Source of the DNA: a virus
Virus record (IMG/VR): IMGVR_UViG_3300020048_000068
Span: 32,317-96,316 of that record
DNA: 64,000 bases
Direction: 5' to 3' (one strand)
Under the pieces are notes generated by a model. That model saw only the letters and a program-made list of their open reading frames with translations, was not told the DNA's origin and made no database searches. This document shows, one piece after another, positions 20,932 through 31,504 of this stretch; the stretch's first letter is position 1, and each line of letters starts with the position of its first letter. The position numbers and the translations under genes were made by a program.

Positions 20932-20967
20932 TTAACAGCCTTTGCCGCCCTTCTTTTTCTTAGCCAT
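20932..20967 (-). CDS. 11-aa basic micropeptide MAKKKKGGKGC
   Basis: ATG GCT AAG AAA AAG AAG GGC GGC AAA GGC TGT TAA; GC-rich codons in an AT-rich spacer, AT-rich leader, hairpin downstream. Confidence 0.5.
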   Translation of the reverse strand: MAKKKKGGKGC

Positions 20968-21004
20968 GGTATATATAATTAAGTGTTAATAAGATATTAT
21001 TTAT

Positions 21005-21622
21005 TTATCGTGGTGAAGTTGTCATTTTAATATTTACTATTCTAGTAATAAGTTGTTTAGTATAATCATGAGTATCTATCAATCTTACAATGAGATATTT
21101 ATCTCTAAACATTTCTAATTCATACCAATCTTTATCTGAACTAACCGTTTCAGTATTTACTACTTTATCAATTGGAAAATTATTCTTAATCTTACTCCAT
21201 TCTTTACTGAATAAAGTTTTATTATTGGTTATTACATAATTTCTAAAACCAGTAATTACCCAATTACCTTCTTTTTTAACTGCTGTAACACCACTTAATA
21301 AACCTTGTAATTGTTGATCAAAAAAATCACCAGTAGAATCAGGACAACTAATTATTTTTATAAATAAATCTCCAGAACATTGTCTTCTATTGTATATAAT
21401 TGCTCTATCAAAAAATCCATATTGATTATCATAATATTCATTTTCTACACTATCAAACTTTTTTGATTCTATATCTAATTTAATAGCAGTTTGAACCTTA
21501 GTTTCATCAAAATCTTTATTAAATACCATTTCAATTATATGTGGATAAGTAACAAGGTCTCCACTACCATCTTGAAATCTACAATAATCACCCTCTGTAT
21601 TGTGTTTATATAACTTAGGCAT
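21005..21622 (-). CDS. C-terminal segment of the tail stabilisation (muzzle) protein, encoded as a separate gene
   Basis: Starts LYKHN..YCRF..YPHIIE; contains FDRAIIYNRRQCSG and FRDKYLIVRL, motifs I recall from the C-terminus of crAss-like stabilisation proteins. Confidence 0.6.
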   Translation of the reverse strand: MPKLYKHNTEGDYCRFQDGSGDLVTYPHIIEMVFNKDFDETKVQTAIKLDIESKKFDSVENEYYDNQYGFFDRAIIYNRRQCSGDLFIKIISCPDSTGDFFDQQLQGLLSGVTAVKKEGNWVITGFRNYVITNNKTLFSKEWSKIKNNFPIDKVVNTETVSSDKDWYELEMFRDKYLIVRLIDTHDYTKQLITRIVNIKMTTSPR

Positions 21623-22437
21623 TAAACGTATCCTTTAAATTGAATAAATGCTAAAGCATAATATGGAGGAAGATTAGCGTTAGTTCCTGATACACCTGTT
21701 GCTGTATTTGTGGTTGTTGTACTTACAGATGTACTTACACTTACTGATGCACTTGTGAAACCTACATATAAATCAGTACCTTCAGGGTTAGTTGTAGATG
21801 CACCAGTCTGAACACCTCTATGACCAAACCACTTTTGAGCATCAGATGAAGCTGTCGATCCAGCCGAGGATGATGAACTTGCTGTATGATTATGTGAAAC
21901 AACAATTGCATCTTTACTTCCACCAATACTACCACTAGTATAAGTAGTACCAGTACCAATTACAAATCTATCTCTTAAATCAACCGTTCCATTAGTACCA
22001 TTACAAAGATACCAACCAAGAGGAATATTATTAATTAATCCACCCCACATAATAATAGCATTGATAGGCATAAGTCTTCTATCATTACCACCTACAACAT
22101 CAGTTGATGTTATACCAATATTTGTTTTAGTAAGAAATATACTATTTGGATCATCTGTTAATCCTAGTGTATTTATTGTTTGACGTTGTTCTTGTTGTGA
22201 TTCTTGAGCAACAAAAGTATATCCTACAGAACTAATAACAAGTCCATCAGGAAGTAATACATTACCGGGATCACCTTTATTTCCTTTATCACCTTTAAAT
22301 GAAGATGCTTTAATTGCGCCAATTAATCCCTGATCATCACCAGTTGTATTAACAAGCATTGTAGATTCAGAAGATAAGTCTTCATAAAGAACTTCATCCC
22401 AATCACCTAATGCACCATATAATTTTTTCTCAGCCAT
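21622..22437 (-). CDS. Short tail-fibre protein with tail-collar domain
   Basis: MPINAIIMWGG..IPLGWYLCNGTNGTVDLRDRFVIG collar motif, HNH metal motif, NLPPYYALAFI terminus. Confidence 0.85.
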   Translation of the reverse strand: MAEKKLYGALGDWDEVLYEDLSSESTMLVNTTGDDQGLIGAIKASSFKGDKGNKGDPGNVLLPDGLVISSVGYTFVAQESQQEQRQTINTLGLTDDPNSIFLTKTNIGITSTDVVGGNDRRLMPINAIIMWGGLINNIPLGWYLCNGTNGTVDLRDRFVIGTGTTYTSGSIGGSKDAIVVSHNHTASSSSSAGSTASSDAQKWFGHRGVQTGASTTNPEGTDLYVGFTSASVSVSTSVSTTTTNTATGVSGTNANLPPYYALAFIQFKGYV

Positions 22438-23332
22438 AGGTATATTTATAATAAGTTATAATTTCGTTATTACTACCTGTTATGTAGTTATTTGATTCGT
22501 CTCTAATTGTATATTCTATACTTAATTCATCATTTATTAAAGAATATAACGCTGTATTTGTAGTTAAATAATAATCTGGTATATATGAGTGAAATGAAAC
22601 CCAGTTGTTTGTATCTAATGAATAACTAAGTGTCCATGAATGATTAACAAATGCCTCTTTATCTGTAAAATCTAATTCATCAGCTATTACTACGTATTCT
22701 TCGATTTTAAAATCAGATAAAGTCAATAATCCACTAGCAAAAAAACTTATCTTTTTATTATCTTTTAACTCTAAATATTCAACATAAGTACCTGAAGAAT
22801 TAATTGTGATTCCTTTATTAGAACCTAACATTACATATAAATTAAACAAACGGTCACTTGTTACAGTATACTGAATTTTATAATATTTACCAATAATTGC
22901 TTCATTAAATGAGTAATCTAAGTTTGTTTCTATACCTATTAAATGTTCAGTACTAATATTTAAACTAACAGTATAATGAAAGATATCTATATATTCATCA
23001 AAATTTATAGGAGTTGAATGCGGTATAGATTCTGCATAAGTATTATTATATTTTGTTGGTTTAACATCACCGGAATATATATTGAACAATACATACTTTA
23101 AATCATTAATTTCATCAGTAATTGTTATGTCTGTATAATAATTTGTACCGTTAATTATGTATTGAAATCTACCAATAACTTCAGTTTCAGTAATAGGAAA
23201 TACTTTTTCAAAATCTAAATAAACTTTTACCTGTATAAAATAATGTTTAGTCCAAGAATCAAATTTATAATCACCTGATACTTTTAATAATTCGGGTGTA
23301 TTTTTATCTGCTAAATAATAATTAATGATCAT
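22430..23332 (-). CDS. Structural protein carrying an internal muzzle segment
   Basis: Contains SWTLSYSLDTNNWVSFHSYIPDYY; translationally coupled to both neighbours. Confidence 0.6.
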   Translation of the reverse strand: MIINYYLADKNTPELLKVSGDYKFDSWTKHYFIQVKVYLDFEKVFPITETEVIGRFQYIINGTNYYTDITITDEINDLKYVLFNIYSGDVKPTKYNNTYAESIPHSTPINFDEYIDIFHYTVSLNISTEHLIGIETNLDYSFNEAIIGKYYKIQYTVTSDRLFNLYVMLGSNKGITINSSGTYVEYLELKDNKKISFFASGLLTLSDFKIEEYVVIADELDFTDKEAFVNHSWTLSYSLDTNNWVSFHSYIPDYYLTTNTALYSLINDELSIEYTIRDESNNYITGSNNEIITYYKYTYG

Positions 23333-23333
23333 A

Positions 23334-26300
23334 TTAATCTAAGTAATATTCAAATTCATAATTTATCTCTTTTATATAAGTATTATTATCCGAAGGATTT
23401 ATCCAGTCGCATTCAACGGTTATAGTTAATACTGTTTTTCCTGCTTCAAAAGTTAAATGCCTAACATCTTCTTCATTAATATTAATATCCCATAATGTAG
23501 TCTTATCAAATATAAACTGTTGATTATCTGTATATTTAATAATAAATCTATGGGGAACTGTTATTCTATCTCTTACTAATAACGTTCCAGAAGCAGCTAT
23601 AGGAAAATTTATAATTTCATGATATATAGGTGTTGGATTAGTAGTTATTATACCAGATTCAAAAGGAAAAGATTCTGTTGATCCAGTTACATCTTTTACT
23701 ATTACAGCAATAGTTTCTTCTTCATCTGTATAAATACTTTTATTAGTTTTAATTTTAAAATAATCTATACCTTCAAAATCTGTAGGAGGAATATATTTAA
23801 AATATCCAGTATCGTATTTTTCTATTATTGCACCTTCATCAGAGATAGTAGTTAGACCTACCAATAATGATGCAGCTCCAGTACCTTGATAAAATTCTAT
23901 TCTTATTGTATACTCTTTATTAGCTTCTAACATTTTAGTACCAATTCTAAAAGTAGCAGTTTGATCATACCAATTATTAACAACTAATTCAGAAACAACA
24001 ACTCCATCAATAAGAGTATCTACGTATAATCTAGAACCATCATCACTCTTTGTATAAAAAGTATAGTTCTTACTTTCTTTTGCGATATAAGTAGTTTGAA
24101 AAAATCCATTTATATAAGTACTATTTAGATTAGGAGGTCTATTAATTAATAAATTATTCCAACCTATATCAAAGGTATTTGTTTCAATATAATAAGGACT
24201 ATTATAATCGATGGTTTTATAAGTTAAAATATTCTTATTAAACCATTTTCCAACAATATTTTTTTCAAAAACAGTTGTTGTACTGATATCAACATTAAAA
24301 ATAGTTATATCTTTGTTTTCAATAAAATCATCAAATGATACTTCTTTAATTACTTTGTATTCTGCTCGATCAACGATATTAAAAATATTATCTTTAATGT
24401 AAATATCCTTACTTTTGTAATCTGTTTTTGTATAATCAAATTCACCAACATAATCAACTGTATTGGTAAATTCATAATCTTTCTTAGTAATAATAATTCT
24501 ATTTAATTTCGGATCATATCCAGATAATACTCCACAACCTATAGATGGATTATTAATTCTCCATTTGTATTCTGAAAGATTATATAATTGAGCTTTAATA
24601 TTCAAAGGAAGATTATTTAAAAACCAATTTCTCATACCTTTTTCTGAGATTTCTTTTATTTCAGACCCATTAAAAATATAAATTTTACTTAACTGCTGAT
24701 TAATAAATAATATTCCACTTTTTACAAGTATAGTAGCAAAATCTGTTTGACTACCATAATTAATAATACCTTCTTCTATTTTTCTAGGAGCAATAGATAA
24801 AAATTCACCTGTTCCAATGTATGATACTAACTCAGTAGTAAGTTTTTCTTGAATATTTTGTGGTACAAACCATAAACTATTAGCTGTATGTATATAAATA
24901 GAATTTTTTAATCTAAAAAGTCCAGTCATAATACCATGTTCGCCTTCAAAATCTTTATAATTATTTGGTAAGAAAACTCTATAATTATCTGTTTGTTCTT
25001 CTTGAAATGATTGTTGACTATAAAGTAATCTATTATTATACTTTTCTGAGAAATCTCCGTTAATTCCTAAACCATCATATGTACTTGGTAAGTGAATAAA
25101 TACTTTTTCTTCATTAGATTTATGATAATCAGGATTAACATCATACCATTCTGTATTTGCAAACCCTCTATAAATTCTACCATCCCCTCTAACTGGATCT
25201 AAAAGAGTAAGTTTTTCAGTTAAATAAGCCCTGAATTCATTTATATCATATCCTGATTTACTAAAAGAATTAATAAAATCAATACCAATAGTATTTAAAC
25301 TAGAACGTAATCCCATATTAACAGAAGACTCCATTACTAAATCAGTCAATCTATCAGCAAACCATACAATACAATCATCTGAATTTTTAGTTCCTGATGT
25401 AAGATTACATTTATCGCTATCTGTCATATCAGAATCTCTAATACCTAATTCTAAACCTTTAGGATAATCTTCTGCAATCATCTTTTTTAATGCTTCTAAT
25501 TCTAAATAAGAACTATACATAGAAGCTCCTGCTGATATTGCCATAGCACCCAAGGTTGATACTGTAGCCATAGCAGCAATACTACCTAATGTACCTGCTG
25601 TACCAAGAGCACCAAATACACCTAAAGCAGCACCAGCAGTAAAAATAGTTGCTACAATACCCACAACTAATAATCCTATACCCAATATACCAGATGATTT
25701 CTTTTCTTTCTTAGCTCTATTTGCCATTACCATACCAAAATAGGTAGATGCTACTGGTGAACAAGCATTTACATATACATCACCATTAAATATTTCTATA
25801 CTATTACCAACTTCATTAGAGTTAAAATAAATAACATTATTATGCTCCTTATAGTAATCTCTATCTATAAAATTAGTATAAGCAGATTCATTATTTGAAA
25901 TAAGAGAACCATAAAATAATCTAGTACCTCCATTAAAAAGAGAAGTATTTATTTCATGACCTGCACTAAATTTTATAATACCTATCTTGTTATCTTGACA
26001 CGCATTATAAAAAGTATTACCGTTATAGAATTTACTATTAGCACCACCTACATACAATATATTTTCTATAGTTGATGTATCATCAGTATCATATGACCAT
26101 GTAATATTTGCTACCTTATTATCATAAGTAAGATTGGAATTTCTATATCCAACTAAAAGATTAAATCCATCTCCATCAACAGTCGAATCTGTATCTGGAT
26201 TATAAGAAGTACCTTCCATAATATCACTTATGACTACTCCATAATTATTAACGTCATATTCACCTCCTGTATTAGGAGGTTCACCTGCATTTTTAGATGT

Positions 26301-28415
26301 GGTTATTGTAGTATCATAATAACCATCTATTCGTATATGATCAAAGTTTAAATTTTCACCTGTAAATTGAAATTCGGGTGAAAAGAAATAAATAGATTCA
26401 GTATCTAAAGTTGCTTTATTAACCCATTTATTAAATATCCTATAATCTATAGAACCAGTATCGTACTTAGTTAAAGGTCCAAATAAAGCATTATCAATTA
26501 TTGTTTTATCGCTATCTAATCGTTTGTTTCTAGTAATAAAATAACCAACAATATCAGGATGAGGTAATTCTATATTATCAAATTTAATACCAAAAATATT
26601 AGTGTAATAAGCAGGATTTAATATTTCTTCTATAATAGGTGTATATATAAAATTAATATTAAATAAGTCAATATATGTTATTATTTCACCACTTATTACA
26701 CCTCTATCACCACTATCTAATACTTGTAATTCAATATCACTTTTATAAACTTGATCTATAAAAGTTTCAACTTCAATATTAGAAGTTAAAAAAGTACTAA
26801 ATTCATTATAACTAGAAGAATTTACTTTTTTACAAGCAATACTGCAACCAATAATTATTGGTTCACCTGTAATTTTATTTACAGGATAACTTTTTCCTGA
26901 TTTTAATGTGACCTTTATTTCTAACTTATAACTATAGATAGTAACAGAAGATGCTTCTTTTTCATATAAAGAAATATTTCTATCTTTTCTATTTGGAAAT
27001 TTATGATGTCGTTTTGGAGAACCAGTTAAATAACTACCATAACTATCTTGACCCCAATAATTATTTCTATTAACGTAACTATGTATTTCAGGATATTTAG
27101 ACATAGGGGTTTCATAATAATCCATATTATCATTAAACCCATTAACTGTTTCTCTTAGTTCTCTTTTATTTCTACCGGGAATATGATATGTAGGACTTAT
27201 TGTACCATCGTTAAATACATAGTTAATACCAAAAGAATATACTTCTCCCGGCATATATCCGACAGAATCAAATGTAGATGTGGGATCTTTTGGATTACCA
27301 CTACCTTTAATGCTATTTAAATAAACTTTTTTTGTAGTAAGATGACTTCTGATTTTAGAAGCTTTTTCTTGAAATTCAACAAAATTAATATTTTTAGTTC
27401 TATACTTACCAAGAATTAATCTGTTTTCAATTTGTTCAATATATTCTACATTATCAATATCTTGTTTATCAATAATAACAGATGATAAAGGTATACTTGT
27501 TAAAGACTCATCATTACCATAATAGACATAATCACTCTGATTTGTAGAAAGAATTTCAGTTAAGAAAGCTTTATTAGTAACACCAGTCATACTATTGCAT
27601 ACAATAATTACCAGTCTGTAAAACAAATATGATGGATCTAAATTACCAACAGAAACCTTAATTGATTTATCGGTAGAAGCATAAGACATAAGTGCACTAT
27701 CAATATTTCTACTTCCTCTAATATTAGAATATTCTCTATTTAAAGGATCATTATAAATATTAACAAAGTTAGAAGTAGTTACAACATTTGTAGAATTTGT
27801 ATCTTCATCAACATATATAATACCAAAAGAATAACTTCCTGCTTTTATATTACCAGAAGGTAAAACTTCTATACTATTAAAATCAGGTATTTGATTATAA
27901 CTTTTTACAAGATTAAATTTTAAACTATTCCATTTTTCATTAGTAAAGTCACTTTCAGAATTACCTAAATCTAACCATTCTCTAAAACTAACAGAATAAT
28001 AATTAATTAATCTATCTATATTAATTGATCTTGGTTTATTAATTCCATCAACAAAATAGATAACCCTTTCTTCATTTTTTCTTAATCTAAATGTAGATCT
28101 AATTGGATATTTCTCAGAAAAATTTAAAACTCTTGTATTAAGAATTGTTTGATAATTTCCTTTTTCACTTAATATTCCAATTTCAGAAATACCATCAAAT
28201 GCTGAAAATAATAATTCATCATTATTATTAAGATGTGTAGAACCTATAAGTATATATCCATCAGGTATTTGAGCAATAAATGAATTAGACATTTCTTTAG
28301 TTAAGAAACCAAAATCACCAGTAATCGTTTGATTAACAGCATTTAAGGCATAACTATAAGTACCTTCAGGTTGAAGTATTGGTGAGTAATCTGTATTTAA
28401 TCCTTTATTCTGCAT
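23334..28415 (-). CDS. Tail stabilisation / muzzle protein (P22 gp10-like), N-terminal part, with appended PA14 domain
   Basis: KGLNTDYSP..QPEGTYSYALNAV start; GYMPGEVYSFGI; NRLLYSQQS; GYDPKLNRIIITKKDY; PA14 signature YTFYTKSDDGSRLYVD..YTIRIEFYQGTG near the C-terminus. Confidence 0.8.
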   Translation of the reverse strand: MQNKGLNTDYSPILQPEGTYSYALNAVNQTITGDFGFLTKEMSNSFIAQIPDGYILIGSTHLNNNDELLFSAFDGISEIGILSEKGNYQTILNTRVLNFSEKYPIRSTFRLRKNEERVIYFVDGINKPRSINIDRLINYYSVSFREWLDLGNSESDFTNEKWNSLKFNLVKSYNQIPDFNSIEVLPSGNIKAGSYSFGIIYVDEDTNSTNVVTTSNFVNIYNDPLNREYSNIRGSRNIDSALMSYASTDKSIKVSVGNLDPSYLFYRLVIIVCNSMTGVTNKAFLTEILSTNQSDYVYYGNDESLTSIPLSSVIIDKQDIDNVEYIEQIENRLILGKYRTKNINFVEFQEKASKIRSHLTTKKVYLNSIKGSGNPKDPTSTFDSVGYMPGEVYSFGINYVFNDGTISPTYHIPGRNKRELRETVNGFNDNMDYYETPMSKYPEIHSYVNRNNYWGQDSYGSYLTGSPKRHHKFPNRKDRNISLYEKEASSVTIYSYKLEIKVTLKSGKSYPVNKITGEPIIIGCSIACKKVNSSSYNEFSTFLTSNIEVETFIDQVYKSDIELQVLDSGDRGVISGEIITYIDLFNINFIYTPIIEEILNPAYYTNIFGIKFDNIELPHPDIVGYFITRNKRLDSDKTIIDNALFGPLTKYDTGSIDYRIFNKWVNKATLDTESIYFFSPEFQFTGENLNFDHIRIDGYYDTTITTSKNAGEPPNTGGEYDVNNYGVVISDIMEGTSYNPDTDSTVDGDGFNLLVGYRNSNLTYDNKVANITWSYDTDDTSTIENILYVGGANSKFYNGNTFYNACQDNKIGIIKFSAGHEINTSLFNGGTRLFYGSLISNNESAYTNFIDRDYYKEHNNVIYFNSNEVGNSIEIFNGDVYVNACSPVASTYFGMVMANRAKKEKKSSGILGIGLLVVGIVATIFTAGAALGVFGALGTAGTLGSIAAMATVSTLGAMAISAGASMYSSYLELEALKKMIAEDYPKGLELGIRDSDMTDSDKCNLTSGTKNSDDCIVWFADRLTDLVMESSVNMGLRSSLNTIGIDFINSFSKSGYDINEFRAYLTEKLTLLDPVRGDGRIYRGFANTEWYDVNPDYHKSNEEKVFIHLPSTYDGLGINGDFSEKYNNRLLYSQQSFQEEQTDNYRVFLPNNYKDFEGEHGIMTGLFRLKNSIYIHTANSLWFVPQNIQEKLTTELVSYIGTGEFLSIAPRKIEEGIINYGSQTDFATILVKSGILFINQQLSKIYIFNGSEIKEISEKGMRNWFLNNLPLNIKAQLYNLSEYKWRINNPSIGCGVLSGYDPKLNRIIITKKDYEFTNTVDYVGEFDYTKTDYKSKDIYIKDNIFNIVDRAEYKVIKEVSFDDFIENKDITIFNVDISTTTVFEKNIVGKWFNKNILTYKTIDYNSPYYIETNTFDIGWNNLLINRPPNLNSTYINGFFQTTYIAKESKNYTFYTKSDDGSRLYVDTLIDGVVVSELVVNNWYDQTATFRIGTKMLEANKEYTIRIEFYQGTGAASLLVGLTTISDEGAIIEKYDTGYFKYIPPTDFEGIDYFKIKTNKSIYTDEEETIAVIVKDVTGSTESFPFESGIITTNPTPIYHEIINFPIAASGTLLVRDRITVPHRFIIKYTDNQQFIFDKTTLWDININEEDVRHLTFEAGKTVLTITVECDWINPSDNNTYIKEINYEFEYYLD

Positions 28416-28418
28416 GTA

Positions 28419-29303
28419 TTACCTAACGTAAGTGGTTTTATTACCGTAATTATAATAGTTGTTATCAAAGTAATTTTCATATCTACTACTACCTTGTACA
28501 ATATTACTATTATTTCTAACAAGTCTTTCCATTTCATCAAGAGTCTGAGGTATAATAGAAAGTGCTCTTGCTTGTTCTTTAAACTTAATCCAATCTGCTT
28601 CTGACTTAATTAACCTAGAATCAGAACCCTGTACATGGTTATAAAATTCTTTATTACTTATTCTCCACATAACGTAACTTTCAATTGCTTTCTGAAATAC
28701 ATAATGATCTGGTATCATAGGAAATCCAGTATCACTTGTTTTTCTCTGATAAAAAGCAACGTAGACTTGTCCTTCTATGAAATTAAATCGTAGAATAGAT
28801 TCATCAACTATAGTATATTCAAAGTTATTTTTTTTATAAGGATTCTCTCTAACTTCAATAGGAGTAATCTCATCAAAGAAGGTATTACCACTTAATCTAA
28901 CTGGACTAAATCTTTCTTGTAATTTAGTTGAATTCCAAAAGGTAGATGAAAAGTAAACTTCCATATAAGGAATGACAGTAAGGTCTGTGCTTTGTACAAT
29001 AAGATTACCTTCAGTATCATAGAACTTAATGTCATCCTGATTAGGTAATGTACTAATGCTATCTACATCAAAATGATTATTCCTTGCTATCTGTAATATA
29101 GATTCGCAGTTATTAGGTAATAGACACTGATGATTACTAACATTCATTATAGCAACCTTCTTATCAAATGCTATTGTACCAGCAATTAAAGCATCAAGGG
29201 CTTCACCTACCCATTCAATGATATCACCTTCATCTAATTGCTTACCATAATCTCGATAGATCTTAGTAAGAATGCTTTCTATTGATACGTATTTAAGATT
29301 CAT
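28419..29303 (-). CDS. Tail tubular / ring protein
   Basis: YVSIESILTKIYRD..DIIEWVGEAL; GFPMIPD; position just before the stabilisation gene, as in crAss-like phages. Confidence 0.75.
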   Translation of the reverse strand: MNLKYVSIESILTKIYRDYGKQLDEGDIIEWVGEALDALIAGTIAFDKKVAIMNVSNHQCLLPNNCESILQIARNNHFDVDSISTLPNQDDIKFYDTEGNLIVQSTDLTVIPYMEVYFSSTFWNSTKLQERFSPVRLSGNTFFDEITPIEVRENPYKKNNFEYTIVDESILRFNFIEGQVYVAFYQRKTSDTGFPMIPDHYVFQKAIESYVMWRISNKEFYNHVQGSDSRLIKSEADWIKFKEQARALSIIPQTLDEMERLVRNNSNIVQGSSRYENYFDNNYYNYGNKTTYVR

Positions 29304-29314
29304 ATTAAAAATTA

Positions 29315-29776
29315 TTACCTTACTATAAATTCAGTTTCTTCTTTAAATATAATTTGTGCAAATCTTCTCTTTAATGCTCTTGCTGGAATAAAGAGATAAA
29401 AGTTTTTATTCTTAACTACACAATATCTTTTCTTCCAATAAAACTTATATCTAATCCCATAAGTATGTTCATTAAAATGATATATAAATGTTTTGTTCTC
29501 ATTAGCTATAGGATTATTCTTCCAATTCTTTTGAGTTTCTTTCCAATCAACAGATAGATTCTTTATGTTTCCATCTTCATCTAATGTTGGCATAACTTTT
29601 TTACCTGCAAAATGTAAATCTCCTAATCCTTCAGGTAATCTTAATATCTTACCCTCTGCTAACTTTAGTATTATAAATTCTACAAATGAACATGTTAAAT
29701 TCCTATATGTATGTATATCAACTGGTTCTTTAACACTAGTACAATACAATTTATAAGCATCACTAATACCTTTCAC
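29315..29776 (-). CDS. IHF/HU-like DNA-binding protein (crAss-like)
   Basis: LRLPEGLGDL..VDWKET..FNEHT..YKFYW..FIPARALKR pattern; GTG start; conserved position in the tail module. Confidence 0.7.
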   Translation of the reverse strand: MKGISDAYKLYCTSVKEPVDIHTYRNLTCSFVEFIILKLAEGKILRLPEGLGDLHFAGKKVMPTLDEDGNIKNLSVDWKETQKNWKNNPIANENKTFIYHFNEHTYGIRYKFYWKKRYCVVKNKNFYLFIPARALKRRFAQIIFKEETEFIVR

Positions 29777-30409
29777 TTATGCAGTTTGTTCTTGTTGTTG
29801 AGATTGTGGTATCTTTTTACCAGATAATTCTTCTATAGTTAATGCTACAATACTATCTATCATTCTTGCATCTGCTATAAACCTTCTATCAAGGATTGGT
29901 ATAGTACTTTCTTCTACAGTAGGGTCAGCAAATACTGCTGTAACTACTACATTAGTAAGTTTATCATTGTTCAATATATACAAATAATTATTATAAATAT
30001 AATAAAATACTTTTCTACGAGTATACTTGTTACCTATTATGTTTCTTTTTTGATCCCAAGTAGTTTTATAAAACGCATTCCTACCACCAACATCACCTAC
30101 TATTTTAATTAGAGGTCTATTAGCTTCGGTAACTATTTCTGGTATAGATAAAAGTGATTGTTTAACTGGAATCGCATATACTGATGTATCAAAACCTTCA
30201 TTACCATTAGTTAAAATAACATTAATAGATTGATAACACCAATCACTAATAACATTATTCCTACTTGCTTCTTGAGCAATAACTCTATTTCTAGAACTAA
30301 TTAACTTATCAAATATCTGTCTATTATAAAGAAGTTTATTTGATTGAGTTACATTCTTTTCGTAGTATATTCTTTTTACCCTTTCAATAAGAGCACGATT
30401 AGTAATCAT
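29777..30409 (-). CDS. Tail ring / structural protein
   Basis: 210 aa with YYIYNNYLYI..VVVTAVFADP motif; position in the tail module. Confidence 0.65.
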   Translation of the reverse strand: MITNRALIERVKRIYYEKNVTQSNKLLYNRQIFDKLISSRNRVIAQEASRNNVISDWCYQSINVILTNGNEGFDTSVYAIPVKQSLLSIPEIVTEANRPLIKIVGDVGGRNAFYKTTWDQKRNIIGNKYTRRKVFYYIYNNYLYILNNDKLTNVVVTAVFADPTVEESTIPILDRRFIADARMIDSIVALTIEELSGKKIPQSQQQEQTA

Positions 30410-30410
30410 A

Positions 30411-30701
30411 TTATTCTTTTATATAACCTATATTTAAAACATCAAGAATTGGTTTAATTAATTTATCATAAGCTATAATAGAAGCAAAGAAAGATGGAAA
30501 TAAAGATTTACCTTCTGCCCAATTATATTTCAAAAATATACCTGCTACTAATAAACTAATAACTATGGTTATTGATTCTTTTATTACTATAGCTAATGGT
30601 TTAGTTTTATCAAGATTATCAACAAACTTAATAATAAGATAAGTAAATAATACTGTACTACATATATAGTATAAGTCAAATATATTTAATAATTGTTCCA
30701 T
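30411..30701 (-). CDS. Small membrane protein, possible holin
   Basis: 96 aa with about three hydrophobic segments. Confidence 0.5.
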   Translation of the reverse strand: MEQLLNIFDLYYICSTVLFTYLIIKFVDNLDKTKPLAIVIKESITIVISLLVAGIFLKYNWAEGKSLFPSFFASIIAYDKLIKPILDVLNIGYIKE

Positions 30702-30722
30702 AGGTATCTATTTAATATTTGT

Positions 30723-31448
30723 TTATGTACTTAAGGATTGATAGTATCTGATATGTTGACTAAAATCAAGTGTAGGTAATCTTTCAAAAGAACTATCTTC
30801 TTTTAACCAAATTATTTCTCTGTCTATTACTTTTAAGTCTATATCTTCTAATGGTATTTGATAATAAGATAACTGTAATTGATATTTATTAAAGTTATTA
30901 TCTAATAGAAAATCAAATGGTTTTAGTAACTTTTGATTTCTAAAATTCTTATATAAGTCACCATTAGTTTTAAAGTCGGCAACTATCAAACCTTTTCTCT
31001 TTACGTCATACAATAGTAAATCAAATGTACCAGCATATGCAAGAAGTTCACTACAAATACGAGTTTCACAAAGTACAGGAATAAGATTTTTATCCTTATC
31101 TATACTATCCCAATAATTCATTACTGCTTCTTCTAATCCTATAGTAGGAGTAATTTCTTTATTGTAAAACCTTCTTTCTGCAAAGTCATGTACTCTTGTA
31201 CCTAAATCACAGGAAGTATTTTTCTTATCTTCCCATTGTTTAAGTACATCTTCTTGTTTTAATTTATTCTTCTTAGCGTATGCTTCTGATATCTTATTAC
31301 TATCAAAAGATGTCTTGTAATTGTCTAAACAATTAGATACACACTTTAGATTTTTACCATTGATATCATAAGTATGATTATCTTTTAAGAAATTTAAATG
31401 TCTAAAAGTTAATAGTATTTTCTTTCTAATTTCTTCTACTTCTTTCAT
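30723..31448 (-). CDS. PD-(D/E)XK nuclease (RecB/Cas4-like exonuclease)
   Basis: GTRVH, E..AGTFDLL..IVADFKT and YQLQLSYY motifs. Confidence 0.85.
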   Translation of the reverse strand: MKEVEEIRKKILLTFRHLNFLKDNHTYDINGKNLKCVSNCLDNYKTSFDSNKISEAYAKKNKLKQEDVLKQWEDKKNTSCDLGTRVHDFAERRFYNKEITPTIGLEEAVMNYWDSIDKDKNLIPVLCETRICSELLAYAGTFDLLLYDVKRKGLIVADFKTNGDLYKNFRNQKLLKPFDFLLDNNFNKYQLQLSYYQIPLEDIDLKVIDREIIWLKEDSSFERLPTLDFSQHIRYYQSLST

Positions 31449-31504
31449 GTTAGTTTGTTAAATTAATGATGCATTAATATATAACAAATTAACATGAAAT
31501 CATA

